This document shows positions 1 to 10,846 of a DNA stretch of 64,000 nt, piece after piece. Under the pieces are notes generated by a model. That model had not been told where the DNA came from and did no database searches. It was given only the letters and a program-made list of their open reading frames with translations. Source of the DNA: a virus; IMG/VR virus record IMGVR_UViG_3300044530_000662, positions 32,001 to 96,000 of that record, one strand, 5' to 3'. Within the stretch, counting starts at the first letter, position 1, and every line of letters begins with the position of its first letter. The position numbers and the translations under genes are program-made.

Positions 1-3000
1 TTAGCTGGTTCAGTAAGCATTAATACACTTGCTGACTTAAGACCTTTTGTATGTAATTTTTTTTCAATATACTCAGGAGTTACTTTGTCTCCTGCTTTAA
101 GACCTTCTTCAGCAATTTGTTTTCTTGTTTCAACAACTCTAGTATCATAGATATCATCAATTATTTCAGCCCAGATACCATCTATAGTATTAACCATTTG
201 ACTACTATCTTGAGGACTTAAGGCATCTTCTTTTGTATTAACTACTTGTCTTGCTCCTCTATCTAATTCATATAACAAAGCATTATCAATACTAGCTTGG
301 TAGCTGTTAAATCTACCAAGATATAAATTATCAAATAGCTCTTTAGCCATTGGAGAATTCATACTATCTATCTGAATATTTTGTTTCTTAAATTTATTAA
401 GGTATTTGCCAAATAGTTGTTTTAAGAAGTTTAATATTCTTCTGAATATAGTATTTCTTTTTGGAGCATTTTGTTTTGCTTTACCAGTCTTAACATAATT
501 TCTAAAGTCTTCAGCTAACATTTCTTCAAGTTGTCTAAAACTTTTATTAGCATGCGGTTGATTACCTTTAGCATCAGTATAATTCTGAAGTTCCGTGTAT
601 AGCTCAATCTTTTGTTCCTTAGTTAAAAACAACTGAGAGAAAACATGCCACGCTTCATGGTATGCTGTAAGATTTTGGTAAAATGAACCGTTAGCCTTAT
701 TCACTTTAATAGAACCCATTTTCTCATTTGTATCAGCTAAGACTGCACCGTTAACTATAAATGTGGCAAACACATCTGAGTTAACAATATTAGCTACATG
801 CTCTAATGATATAAGGTCTCTTAAAGGTTTAAGCTCTTTACTGTTCCACCACTTTTTAGCTTGAAGTATTTTAACAGGATTTATAAAATCTTTACTATAA
901 CCTTTTCTGTCAAATGAACCTGGTATAGAGTTTAAGTCTATCTTACCATTTGATTTAAATATCTCACTAACTGCAGAATTAGTACTTTCAGGAGCAGGTG
1001 CTTCAGGTTCAGTTAAGATTTGTACTATTTCTTCTTTCTTACTTTTAGGTGAAGGATTATGGTCTTTTGCATATGCTATTCTATCATAATACTCATCCTC
1101 TCTTTTTTGTGCTAGTCTTTCAGCTAAACTTCCCGCTGCATCTAATCTATTGTCATCATTACGGGATAAAGATAATTCTCTTTGTATACTAGCTGCATCA
1201 GATAAATCTATGTCACTTCTTCTTTCAATTGAAGGTGAGTCACCTTTTTTAATTATTTGACCTAGTGTACTTTCTGGCGTGGTGTAACTAACTGAATAGT
1301 TATAAAAACCAGGGTCTGCATTTATTATTTTTACTTCAATAGGAAGAGTACTTAAAAACTCAGTGTATGATTTATCAATAAATCTTGTACCATCTTCAGA
1401 TAATCTTTGATATGTTTTACCAAGCTTATCACTATCATATGACATGAACACAGCATTAGTCTGACCTTCTTTATTGTTTCTGTAACCACCATTCATTAAA
1501 ACATTAACAATTCTTTCTTTAATGCTTTTAATTTGTTCTGCTGATAGTTTTTTTAAATTAGTATCAGTTAATAAGTCTCCTTTTTCATTTACCGGATTCT
1601 TAAATTTAAAGTCTTTGTACTCATTAAAATATAAATACTTAAGGTCTTTATCAAAATTAAACTTATATTTTTTAGTAGTGCCTTCAGTATCTAATGAAGC
1701 TGGTAAGAATTGATCAACAAAAACTTTTTTAGCAGCTAATGGGATATTAGCATTAGTTAAAACTGAAGCTACTTCATCAGCAACATCTTTTGTAATTCTT
1801 GGTCTATCTAATGCAAACTTACTACCATTAATTATTATTGATGCTTCACCCTTTCTTAGTGTAGCTGTAGCTCTTGGAGCTGTCCTAATAGTTCTATATA
1901 CATCAGTAGTAATACCGGGAAATTTAGTAAGCTCATTCAAAAGAATATTTGTTGAACTTAAATTAGAAGGTACACCTGTAGTAATACCTGTAACTGGTAA
2001 TAGTTCTGCTTCATTCTTTAATGCTTTTTGTTGTAAGTCATACAACTCTTTCATTTGCTTTTGTTGCTCTGCTACAACTAAATCAAAGTATTCTCTCTTT
2101 GTTCCATCTATTTCTGGATTGTAAGTCATTTTTGCAAACTCTTCTGGAGAAAGAACTTGGTCTTCTTTATTATAGATATCTTTTACTGTATACTTACTTC
2201 CGTCTTTTCTTACAGTTCTCATGAACTGGTATACTAACTTTCCTTTTTCACTATCAGTTAACTTACCTTCATTATCTACATAGATATTACTACCAAATTC
2301 ATCAGTAAGAATAAGAATTACTCTTTGATCAACTTGTGCAATGTTTGGATTTACATTTTCTTTTTTGGTCTTTCCTGTTTTTATATTATCTCTTATAGTT
2401 CTAGAAGCAGCTATTTCAGTTCTAGTTTCTTTATCAAGCATGTCTAGGTTTTTACCTCTAGCAAAAAGATCTAAATTTTCAGCACGGAACATTAACTTTT
2501 TACCTTCATAAATAACACCATCAGTAGTATCACTCATGGCTTGTATTTGTTTTATGTTTTCAAAAGTCTTTATGATAGCAGCTTTTTCTGGATTAATTTC
2601 TTCAATTACTATAGAACCATCAGATTTCTTATTAGGATTAATCTTAATGTAGTTTTGAAGGGTGCCTCCCCAAGGACTTAGTGTTTTAAATCTATTTGAT
2701 TCAATAACAGTTACTGGTTCTTCAGGTATTGGAATTTGATTAAGCTGTAACTTATTAGCTTCATTAGCTTCATTTTCAATTTTATTTGGTACAGGATCTG
2801 GTTTTACTGAGTATTTATCAATTACAGCTTTGATACCTTCATCTGATTTAAACTGAGCATTTAATTTTCTAAGAGATTTTTCATCTAGAGCCCCAACAAA
2901 ATCAAGATTTAGTAAAGCTTTTTTGTTAGACAAATTAGAAACAATAGCAGGAATCTGTTGAACAAATTTAGCTGCAGTATCAGTATCTTCTTTACTTGAA

Positions 3001-3137
3001 ATTTTATTAAACAAATCTTTCATGAAAGCATCAGCATCAAACTCAGTACCTGAGTCTAGTGCATCTTTCATTCTTTTATAAGTTAGTTTAAATAATTTTG
3101 CAATCTGGTCATCAGACAAGGCACATGTTATACTCAT
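1..3137 (-). CDS. 5' part (>1045 aa) of a giant virion/ejected protein with a zincin-like metalloprotease domain; probable crAss-type virion RNA polymerase-associated protein; runs off the left edge
   Basis: Not in the ORF track. I translated it by hand from ATG at 3137 (MSITCALSDDQIAKLF...) and found no stop down to base 1. It has YHEAWHVF at 645-659 and a downstream LEEMLAEDF. The RNAP link is inferred from crAss-like gene order; no RNAP catalytic motif is visible in the window. Confidence 0.8.
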   Translation of the reverse strand, partial: MSITCALSDDQIAKLFKLTYKRMKDALDSGTEFDADAFMKDLFNKISSKEDTDTAAKFVQQIPAIVSNLSNKKALLNLDFVGALDEKSLRKLNAQFKSDEGIKAVIDKYSVKPDPVPNKIENEANEANKLQLNQIPIPEEPVTVIESNRFKTLSPWGGTLQNYIKINPNKKSDGSIVIEEINPEKAAIIKTFENIKQIQAMSDTTDGVIYEGKKLMFRAENLDLFARGKNLDMLDKETRTEIAASRTIRDNIKTGKTKKENVNPNIAQVDQRVILILTDEFGSNIYVDNEGKLTDSEKGKLVYQFMRTVRKDGSKYTVKDIYNKEDQVLSPEEFAKMTYNPEIDGTKREYFDLVVAEQQKQMKELYDLQQKALKNEAELLPVTGITTGVPSNLSSTNILLNELTKFPGITTDVYRTIRTAPRATATLRKGEASIIINGSKFALDRPRITKDVADEVASVLTNANIPLAAKKVFVDQFLPASLDTEGTTKKYKFNFDKDLKYLYFNEYKDFKFKNPVNEKGDLLTDTNLKKLSAEQIKSIKERIVNVLMNGGYRNNKEGQTNAVFMSYDSDKLGKTYQRLSEDGTRFIDKSYTEFLSTLPIEVKIINADPGFYNYSVSYTTPESTLGQIIKKGDSPSIERRSDIDLSDAASIQRELSLSRNDDNRLDAAGSLAERLAQKREDEYYDRIAYAKDHNPSPKSKKEEIVQILTEPEAPAPESTNSAVSEIFKSNGKIDLNSIPGSFDRKGYSKDFINPVKILQAKKWWNSKELKPLRDLISLEHVANIVNSDVFATFIVNGAVLADTNEKMGSIKVNKANGSFYQNLTAYHEAWHVFSQLFLTKEQKIELYTELQNYTDAKGNQPHANKSFRQLEEMLAEDFRNYVKTGKAKQNAPKRNTIFRRILNFLKQLFGKYLNKFKKQNIQIDSMNSPMAKELFDNLYLGRFNSYQASIDNALLYELDRGARQVVNTKEDALSPQDSSQMVNTIDGIWAEIIDDIYDTRVVETRKQIAEEGLKAGDKVTPEYIEKKLHTKGLKSASVLMLTEPA

Positions 3138-3139
3138 GA

Positions 3140-6100
3140 TTATTTACAGGTTAAGTCTTTTAATAAATCATCCTCAGCAGCTTCTGAAGATTTAATTTTA
3201 TCGGCTTCAGCCATTAGTACATCAGTTTTATCTGCACTTTCTAATAAGGCATCTACACTATCTTCAGTTTGATTTACAAACTCTTGTTCTTCTTTAGTGA
3301 TTGGAGCTGTTTCAGGAGCTATTTCAGACCCTAATAAATCTGATTCAGTCTTGTAGTTTTTATTTAAATCATCCATAGTAACAGTAAGTTCATTTCCTTC
3401 ACTATCTTTAAGAGTAACCGTGTTATTTTTATTAATAGTTTGGACAGTAAATTTATCATTTTTTGAGTAAAGAGTCATACCTTTTTTGACAATAATTTTA
3501 TCTAATTGTTCTTCAGCATCAAATTCTTCAAGCTCTCCTTCAGTTACTTCTTGTTCAGGTATAAATTGTTCTTCTACATAACCTGTTGTGATTACTATAG
3601 CTTCACTTATACTATTAAGATCATTTATTTTATCCTGAATAGTTTTCTTAACATTATCATTTTTAGTTTTTTCTAATGTTCTTTCTAATGCATAAACTTC
3701 ATTCTCAATAATATCCAGTGCACGTTTAATATTACCTGCAGTTATTTCTTCTTGGGCTGTGTTTAAAGCAGTTGTGATAGCAGTATTTGATTGATTAACT
3801 TTTGTGCTAAACATCAAGTTAAAAATATCATTTTGATAATCTTTAAACTTCTTAGCTTCTGCAGTAGTATCACTCATGGCAGATAAATACTGAATTCTTT
3901 TTACAGCTTTATGTATTAATAAAGAGACATCACTTGTGTTATAGTTTTCTTCTACAATAGCTTGATATTCATCATCAGTTATGATACCTGATAGATGTAA
4001 TGTATCTGCTGCTATTAACTGACCCATTGTAGGTTTATATGATTTACCCTCAAACATTTCTTCATGTGTAGCAAATCTTTGAGCAAATGCTTTATCTTTT
4101 TTAAGTTGTTCTTGTATAAAAGCACTATCAGGACTAAGATCTATTTCATCAAAAGATATATCTGATTTAGTTTGAGCAAGTCTAGTTACTAATTTATCTA
4201 CATCATTTTTACTTTTTGTAGCAAGATTAGTATATTTAGTTACTATTTTATCAATTAAATTTTTACCTACAACTTTACCCAATGCTAATTGTTTTTCTTT
4301 CAGTAACTCTTTTAAAGCTTCTGGTACAGCAAGATTATTTACTTCTGCAAACTCATTGATTTTGTTTTCTATTTTTACTAATTCATTTTTGTTTTCATCA
4401 GTATCAGCATCTGTAATAGCTTGTAAATCAGTAGTGTAAGAATCAAATTCTTTTTTAGCTTTGTCTTTAAGACCTGGCATAAACTTAACAGTAGATGGCG
4501 GGAATAATATATCTAGTCTATCCTGTACAGAATTTCTATACAATGGAATAAACCATTCAGATGATTTTTCATTTGTTGGGTTCATTACTAATTCACCAAA
4601 CTCATTTCTTTTATAAGTACCATCTTCATTTTTAACAAACTCAATTTTATTGTAAACTCCTGGAGCAGACATGTTAGGCTGACCTGCAGATACCATTTGG
4701 TTTGTTTCTTTATTAGATGCTCTCTCTATAGGTAGTAAAGCTATACCAGCTACCGGATAATCAATCATTCTCTCAAGCATAGTTGCATATCCACCTTGTT
4801 GTAGTGTATACTCTTCTCTTTTAGTATAATTTAATTTCTTAGGATCCTTACTGTTCTTATTAAAGTTTTGCCATTTTCTTTGTTCACCAGACTTGATATC
4901 CACTATCATGATACCATTCTTAGTAGCAAGAAGTAAATCTATCTCTCCGGCAATTCTATCTTTTTTACCATCAGGTCTTGTAATATTAGAATCATAAACT
5001 ACTAAGTCTCTACCAATAAGATAGAACTCACCTGAATCAACTTTTTGTTTTAATTTAGTTAAGTAACCATTTAAACCAAACATGTCTTCATAAGCTTCTT
5101 GTGATAACTTAGCTGGATCAAACTTAGGTTTAACACCAGACTCTAAATAATCTTTAGCATCATCCACATAGTTACCAGCATCTCTACTGTCTTGATATGT
5201 TTCTTCCATGAAAGTATTCATGATAATATCAAATGTAGTATTGTTACTTAAAGCTTCATTTGTAATCTCTGCAGTAGGTTGTTTTGAAGAAGCTAGTTCT
5301 GCATCATATTCAATAGTAATAAAAGTAGAATCATCTGTTTTATTTTCTTTTTGAAACTTAGCAAAATCTAATTTTTTACCAAAGTCAGAGTTAATAAAAT
5401 CTTGAATAGCTTTATCTGTTTCTATAAAATCCGTTGCTAAAACTAAAGTTTCTCCTTCATTGAGAGTTATTGTAAAGTTATCTGTTTTAGGAGTACTACT
5501 AAAAGGTTTGCCATCTTTAATAGAAAACATATAACCACTTGTTGTAGCAACATCAGATAACCCATGTTGTTTTATTACTTTCCCATTTTTATCTACAACA
5601 AAAAATACTGTATCTCCTACTTTTTCTATTTTATAAGTATTTTTATTAATTTTTTCTGCTTTTAATGCAGTAGCTCCTGACCTAAATCCTTTTTTAATAC
5701 TTAAATCACCCTTTGTTTTAAAAGCAGTTAACATAGGTGTTATAAAAATAGAATTAGGTTCTGAAAAACCTTTAGATATTAAAAATTTAACACCATCTTC
5801 AGATGATATATTTGGATTTTTTAAATACTCTTCATAAACTAAATCAGTTAGTGTTTTTTCTTCTTTCCCCAATAACTTATTAATAACAACTTTAGAAGCT
5901 TGTGCTGGAGATAAGGTAATCATACCTTCCCCTCCCATACCATCAGCTAAAATAAAAATACCATTTTGTGTATCTACATAAACAGCATCCTCATTACCAT
6001 CAGTTTGTCCTTGCTTATTAGCAGTACCAAAAGTTACATTTCCAACTGTTTGAATATTAGGTTCATTTGTTTGTATTATATCAGCTTTAGTATCTGTAGT

Positions 6101-9100
6101 AGTAGTTGTTGTTGAAGGCAAACCTTTGATTTCTTTTTCAATTTGTGCTAACTCATTGAATATACTATTCTTCTGTTCAACTAATTGGTTTACTCTATTT
6201 TCATTACCAGCTTTTTCAGCCTTGATAATATCTTTATCTTTATTAGCTATTTGTGTTAATAACTTATCTTTCTGTTTCTCAAGTTTAATTTGAGCAGGAG
6301 ACATGCCAGAAAGATTTCTTAACTGAGTTTTTAAGTTCTTTAAAAAATCTTTATTAGTTCCAGGTAATTTATCAATGGCTAATAAACCATTTAAGCTGTC
6401 AATAAAGTCATTGATTGAATCTTCATTTAATCCTTTTTTAGCAATAGAATTATTAAATGCAGTTTCTACACCTTGTTTAGCAGCATATTCATATTTTTTA
6501 GGAAGAACCTCTTGTATAGCATTGGTCATCCTTCTATGGATTAAACCATTAACTCTATATGCTATCTCTCCTTTTTTAAGACCTGTTACAGAATCATCTT
6601 CAGTAAGCAAATACTTTTCTTCTACACCTTTCTGAGCAGTTAAAAGCTTTTGTATTTTTTTTACACCTTCTCTTACTTCTTCTGAGAATCCAGAATACTG
6701 TCTTCTTTGAATAATAGTATTAATATTCTTTAAGTCAGTCTCTAAATCTCTTAGTTCTTTTGTATTATCTACAGTCTCCTCATCCTCAAACTCATCATTA
6801 ACTTTAAGATTATTATCTAAAAGCTCAATCTTAGCATTGATAGCATCTCTGTATTTAATTAACTCAGGTAATGATAAATCTTTAGTGTTAATATCCGTGC
6901 CTTCATAAGTGAATGTTATATCACTTTTAGATACAGCAGGTTTATTGGCTTTGTTGTACTTGTCAAAGTATTTTTTATTCTCTGCAAGTCTATACCATTT
7001 TTCAAACTCAGCATCAGCAATGTTATCATCTCCATATATAGAATCCTGAACTTCTTGAGGTAAAGTAACTACGTACTTATCATAGAACTCATTGTATAAC
7101 ATTTGTTTAAATTCTACTAAGTCAGCCGTGTCTAAGTTAGAATCTTGTGTTATTTCTTCATAAGGTACTTCATCATCAATTGCTTTCATGTCTGCATTAT
7201 ATGCTTCCATTACCTCTGCAATTTTAACCTCATACCTATCCTTAATCTTTTTCACTTCAGACTCATCAGGTTTCTCTTCTAGTTTAAACCTTTTTGCCTC
7301 AGTAAATCTGGTTTTAATTTCACTAAGAATTACTGAAGCACCTTCAGCATTATCATATAGTAATTCACCATCTGTATTCTTGTAAAATACCATAGGTGCA
7401 ATAGCATCTTTGTCATTTACTTCTACATACTGATCATTCTCAAGTTGCTCATTGATTTCTTGTATGGTAACTGATTTGTTCCCACCTTTTCTTTTAATAT
7501 CATCAAGTTCAACTCTAGTAGGTGTAGTTGGTAATGCATCAATCTCTTCTTGCATTTTTCTATTTAACTCATCAATTTGTTCCTGATAAGTCTTTTTAAC
7601 TACTCCTGTTTTCTTTGGATTCATTTGAGCTTTTAACTGAGCTCTTTTCTCAAAGTATTCAGCATAGATTTTCTTATACTCTTCACTTCCTGCAGGATAT
7701 ACTTTTTTTGCTTTACCATCATAGATTTCAGATGGTGGAATATTCTTGTCTCCAAGATAATTCTCCATGTCTGTTTTGTTTAGATAAATTTGATTATCAG
7801 CTAGGGTATTCAAGAAAGCATTATCTCTTACCTTACCCATCTCAGAGTGAATAAGATCTTCAAAGTACTTTACTCTCTGAGCATTAAACTTTCTCATCCA
7901 TTCAACATTCTTTTGGACTACATCCATAAATGCTGCGGGATCATTAAACATGTCTATGTACTCAGCAAGAGCTCTTGACTCATGACCTAATTTATAGTAA
8001 TCAATAAGTGCTTCAAATCCTTCATCTGTATGTTCATCAAAGATTCTATCATCATTACTTTGAGCAACACCTTTTAGATAGTTATTATGTGCTTCTTTAA
8101 GTTTTTTAATATTCTCTACTTTAAGGTCTTCATTATCTAATGAACCTAGTATATCATCTAGCTTATCTGAAATTTCTTCAGCAGTAGGTTCTTTACCTGT
8201 TTCTTTTTGAAGCATCTCTTTAACACTCTTAGCATACTCAGCTCTATTAAAAAACTTATCAAAAGCTGTATGAGCTTCAGAATAGTTCTTTAGTAAATTA
8301 ATTTTGTTTTCTAATGCATTTACTTTAACACCTCTGTTCTCACCTTCTTTTTCTGTAGCCAATTCTCTCTCAAGCATTTTAACTTCATCAGAGATTCTTT
8401 CAGGTTGAAACAATAAAAGTTTATCAGTAGTGTTTAAACTTTTAAAGTTTTCATTGTTGTTATACTTGTTTTGAATTGCAGCTCTTCTACTTTTAGTATC
8501 ATCATAGTTTTCATGGAAGAAAGCCATATTTTCAATACCTCTATTCCAAGCTTTGTATAAGGTTAATTTAGCTTCATATTCAGGAGTTCCTTCTTCACCT
8601 AAGTTATTTAGATTTACAGGATTAGGATATTTTCTTTCAGCAGTATTAAAAATATTATTTACTCTTTCTATTCTTGCAATACCAGAATCAATTCTTCCTC
8701 TATATTTATCTACTTGGTCTTCTGAAATTTTTAATGCTTCAGCAAACTCTTTGTCATCCATTTCTTTGAAAGACTTCATTGTATCCATGAATAAACCAGA
8801 TGTTCCGGTTCTTCTCATAGTACCTACATGATTTATATATGCTTCTGTCTCAGCATCTAATCCTTCTTTTTTACTTGCTTTATCTCTAATCTTACTGATC
8901 ATATCCTGAGCACCAAGATTTAAAACTTTGTCAGACATGAAATCTTTCATGCTCACAGAGTTTAATTCATTTTTAAGATTCTCAGCAACAGACATCTGTG
9001 CTTCTTTCCATTTAGTAAAACCTTTTTTATCAAAAGTTCTATTCCAAGTAGAACTTAAAAATGGAATAGCACTATTTATTGGAGATGCCAAGGCACCCAT

Positions 9101-10846
9101 AAAGAAACCAGAAGCAAATGTTTCAGCACCTGTACTATTAAACTGATCTTTTAATGCATCAGAATAATAATCTTTCTTAGGTCTTAAGTTTGCTTTAATT
9201 ACTCCTTTAGAATATAATTGAGTTTGAAGAGTAGGACTTTTATAGCTATCAACATAATATCTTTCATTTGCTTGAGCAATAACTTCCTGTAAGTTTTCTT
9301 GAATACCTTCTGTAAAGTTTGATTTAAAATAACCTACTGTACCTAATACAGACTTGTAGATTGGATCTTTTGTCCAACCTTTAGCCCAAGTTCTTAATCC
9401 TGATTTTTGAAGTTCAAATTGTCTTGCTGCTTTATCATATACAACTTTGCCAAGTTTACCAAAATCTTTGGCTCCTTCTCTTGATGCTATTTCATAAATA
9501 TCATCTGTTGAGGATTTTAAAAAGTTTCTTAAGCCTCCTCTTGGTCCTGTAATGTTATTAAAGGTAATTGCATTTGATGCGTATATCAATGCTGTATTAG
9601 CTAATAAAGTTTCCATTGAAGCTTCCTTAGCTTGTTTCTCTAAATCAGCTTGTTCTTTATTACTAGGAGCCTCTCCTTTGGCCATATAAGCTTCATGATA
9701 TAGTTTATCATAGACACTGTTCTGTACCATCCCAGCTTCAAGTCTAGATTCAGCTAAAGCCATATTTATCTTTCTAACATCTCTATAAAATCCACCAGCT
9801 GTTTTAGATAATGCAGCTAAGTCAGTTATGTTATCTGTATTTTGAATTGTTTTAAAAGCATCTAAAGTATTTTCTAATGGATTTAAACCTTTACCCATTG
9901 CAGATAAAGTTTTATTAGAAGCAGCTGTATTCCAAAATTGTCTTGCAGTTTGTATACTATCAAAACTTTTTAAAGTGCTTTTTACTGCATTGTATCCGTT
10001 AATTGTTTTTTGTACTAAAGATAGCTTAGGAATTTTAGTAGCAATATTAGCAGTAGTTGCTATTAAACTTGCACCACCTGTTGGAGCAGCAAGTAAAGCA
10101 CCACCAATTTCTTCAAGTATTGCTTCACCCATGATACCAGCTGTATAGCCAAAATTCATCATAGCATTATTAGCAAAACCAAATACACCTCCTTTATTAG
10201 ACTGACCAATAGCTGCAGCTTCTTCATAAGCTTTAGCATCTTCTCTGTCTCCACTAGTAAAATCTCCAGTTAACATTTTAGCTAAACTCTTAGGTCCAGA
10301 CACAAAACCTCTTGTAAATAAAGGAACAAATGAATTAGTCATCATTCTAGAGAAGTCATCCCATCTGCTTGTTTGTGCATTAAAATTAGCCTCATTGTTT
10401 CTTAATGGGTGAAATCCAATTTTGTCAAATGTTTCTTGTCCATATGCAGCATATCTTTTATAAAAGTTATTACCATCTGGTCCGGCATTATAACTAAAGA
10501 TTTTTGCATAGTTATTTTTATTCTGATTAGTTTGAAAGAATGCATCAAGGTATTGACTTGTACTAGCTTTCTTTTGTTGAGGAGAAACTTTACTATAAGG
10601 TATGCTGGGATTATTAGCATTAGTTCTTACAACATTTTGTTCAATAGCTCTGTTAGGTCTATTAAGATTACTAACTTTAGGTAAAACAGGAAAGTAATTC
10701 TCTGGTTTAGGATAGTTAATCTTAGGGTCTCTAAGCATTTCACCCTCAAAAGGTGCTAATCCTTTTGAATCAACTATTGGACTATTAATACCACCATACT
10801 CCGGACCTAGCGGATCCAGTGAACTAAAAGGAGTTTCTTCTGCCAT
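3140..10846 (-). CDS. Giant 2568-aa virion/ejected protein with a Gly/Ala-rich hydrophobic N-terminal segment, long coiled coils, a PP2C-like phosphatase domain and a PD-(D/E)XK nuclease domain
   Basis: ORF track. PP2C motifs: NED, ADGMGG, VGDT, LATD, DDST. Nuclease motifs: AGEIDLLL, VDIKSG, YTLQQGGY. Sits among three giant genes after the tail module, as in crAss-like phages. Confidence 0.75.
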   Translation of the reverse strand: MAEETPFSSLDPLGPEYGGINSPIVDSKGLAPFEGEMLRDPKINYPKPENYFPVLPKVSNLNRPNRAIEQNVVRTNANNPSIPYSKVSPQQKKASTSQYLDAFFQTNQNKNNYAKIFSYNAGPDGNNFYKRYAAYGQETFDKIGFHPLRNNEANFNAQTSRWDDFSRMMTNSFVPLFTRGFVSGPKSLAKMLTGDFTSGDREDAKAYEEAAAIGQSNKGGVFGFANNAMMNFGYTAGIMGEAILEEIGGALLAAPTGGASLIATTANIATKIPKLSLVQKTINGYNAVKSTLKSFDSIQTARQFWNTAASNKTLSAMGKGLNPLENTLDAFKTIQNTDNITDLAALSKTAGGFYRDVRKINMALAESRLEAGMVQNSVYDKLYHEAYMAKGEAPSNKEQADLEKQAKEASMETLLANTALIYASNAITFNNITGPRGGLRNFLKSSTDDIYEIASREGAKDFGKLGKVVYDKAARQFELQKSGLRTWAKGWTKDPIYKSVLGTVGYFKSNFTEGIQENLQEVIAQANERYYVDSYKSPTLQTQLYSKGVIKANLRPKKDYYSDALKDQFNSTGAETFASGFFMGALASPINSAIPFLSSTWNRTFDKKGFTKWKEAQMSVAENLKNELNSVSMKDFMSDKVLNLGAQDMISKIRDKASKKEGLDAETEAYINHVGTMRRTGTSGLFMDTMKSFKEMDDKEFAEALKISEDQVDKYRGRIDSGIARIERVNNIFNTAERKYPNPVNLNNLGEEGTPEYEAKLTLYKAWNRGIENMAFFHENYDDTKSRRAAIQNKYNNNENFKSLNTTDKLLLFQPERISDEVKMLERELATEKEGENRGVKVNALENKINLLKNYSEAHTAFDKFFNRAEYAKSVKEMLQKETGKEPTAEEISDKLDDILGSLDNEDLKVENIKKLKEAHNNYLKGVAQSNDDRIFDEHTDEGFEALIDYYKLGHESRALAEYIDMFNDPAAFMDVVQKNVEWMRKFNAQRVKYFEDLIHSEMGKVRDNAFLNTLADNQIYLNKTDMENYLGDKNIPPSEIYDGKAKKVYPAGSEEYKKIYAEYFEKRAQLKAQMNPKKTGVVKKTYQEQIDELNRKMQEEIDALPTTPTRVELDDIKRKGGNKSVTIQEINEQLENDQYVEVNDKDAIAPMVFYKNTDGELLYDNAEGASVILSEIKTRFTEAKRFKLEEKPDESEVKKIKDRYEVKIAEVMEAYNADMKAIDDEVPYEEITQDSNLDTADLVEFKQMLYNEFYDKYVVTLPQEVQDSIYGDDNIADAEFEKWYRLAENKKYFDKYNKANKPAVSKSDITFTYEGTDINTKDLSLPELIKYRDAINAKIELLDNNLKVNDEFEDEETVDNTKELRDLETDLKNINTIIQRRQYSGFSEEVREGVKKIQKLLTAQKGVEEKYLLTEDDSVTGLKKGEIAYRVNGLIHRRMTNAIQEVLPKKYEYAAKQGVETAFNNSIAKKGLNEDSINDFIDSLNGLLAIDKLPGTNKDFLKNLKTQLRNLSGMSPAQIKLEKQKDKLLTQIANKDKDIIKAEKAGNENRVNQLVEQKNSIFNELAQIEKEIKGLPSTTTTTTDTKADIIQTNEPNIQTVGNVTFGTANKQGQTDGNEDAVYVDTQNGIFILADGMGGEGMITLSPAQASKVVINKLLGKEEKTLTDLVYEEYLKNPNISSEDGVKFLISKGFSEPNSIFITPMLTAFKTKGDLSIKKGFRSGATALKAEKINKNTYKIEKVGDTVFFVVDKNGKVIKQHGLSDVATTSGYMFSIKDGKPFSSTPKTDNFTITLNEGETLVLATDFIETDKAIQDFINSDFGKKLDFAKFQKENKTDDSTFITIEYDAELASSKQPTAEITNEALSNNTTFDIIMNTFMEETYQDSRDAGNYVDDAKDYLESGVKPKFDPAKLSQEAYEDMFGLNGYLTKLKQKVDSGEFYLIGRDLVVYDSNITRPDGKKDRIAGEIDLLLATKNGIMIVDIKSGEQRKWQNFNKNSKDPKKLNYTKREEYTLQQGGYATMLERMIDYPVAGIALLPIERASNKETNQMVSAGQPNMSAPGVYNKIEFVKNEDGTYKRNEFGELVMNPTNEKSSEWFIPLYRNSVQDRLDILFPPSTVKFMPGLKDKAKKEFDSYTTDLQAITDADTDENKNELVKIENKINEFAEVNNLAVPEALKELLKEKQLALGKVVGKNLIDKIVTKYTNLATKSKNDVDKLVTRLAQTKSDISFDEIDLSPDSAFIQEQLKKDKAFAQRFATHEEMFEGKSYKPTMGQLIAADTLHLSGIITDDEYQAIVEENYNTSDVSLLIHKAVKRIQYLSAMSDTTAEAKKFKDYQNDIFNLMFSTKVNQSNTAITTALNTAQEEITAGNIKRALDIIENEVYALERTLEKTKNDNVKKTIQDKINDLNSISEAIVITTGYVEEQFIPEQEVTEGELEEFDAEEQLDKIIVKKGMTLYSKNDKFTVQTINKNNTVTLKDSEGNELTVTMDDLNKNYKTESDLLGSEIAPETAPITKEEQEFVNQTEDSVDALLESADKTDVLMAEADKIKSSEAAEDDLLKDLTCK

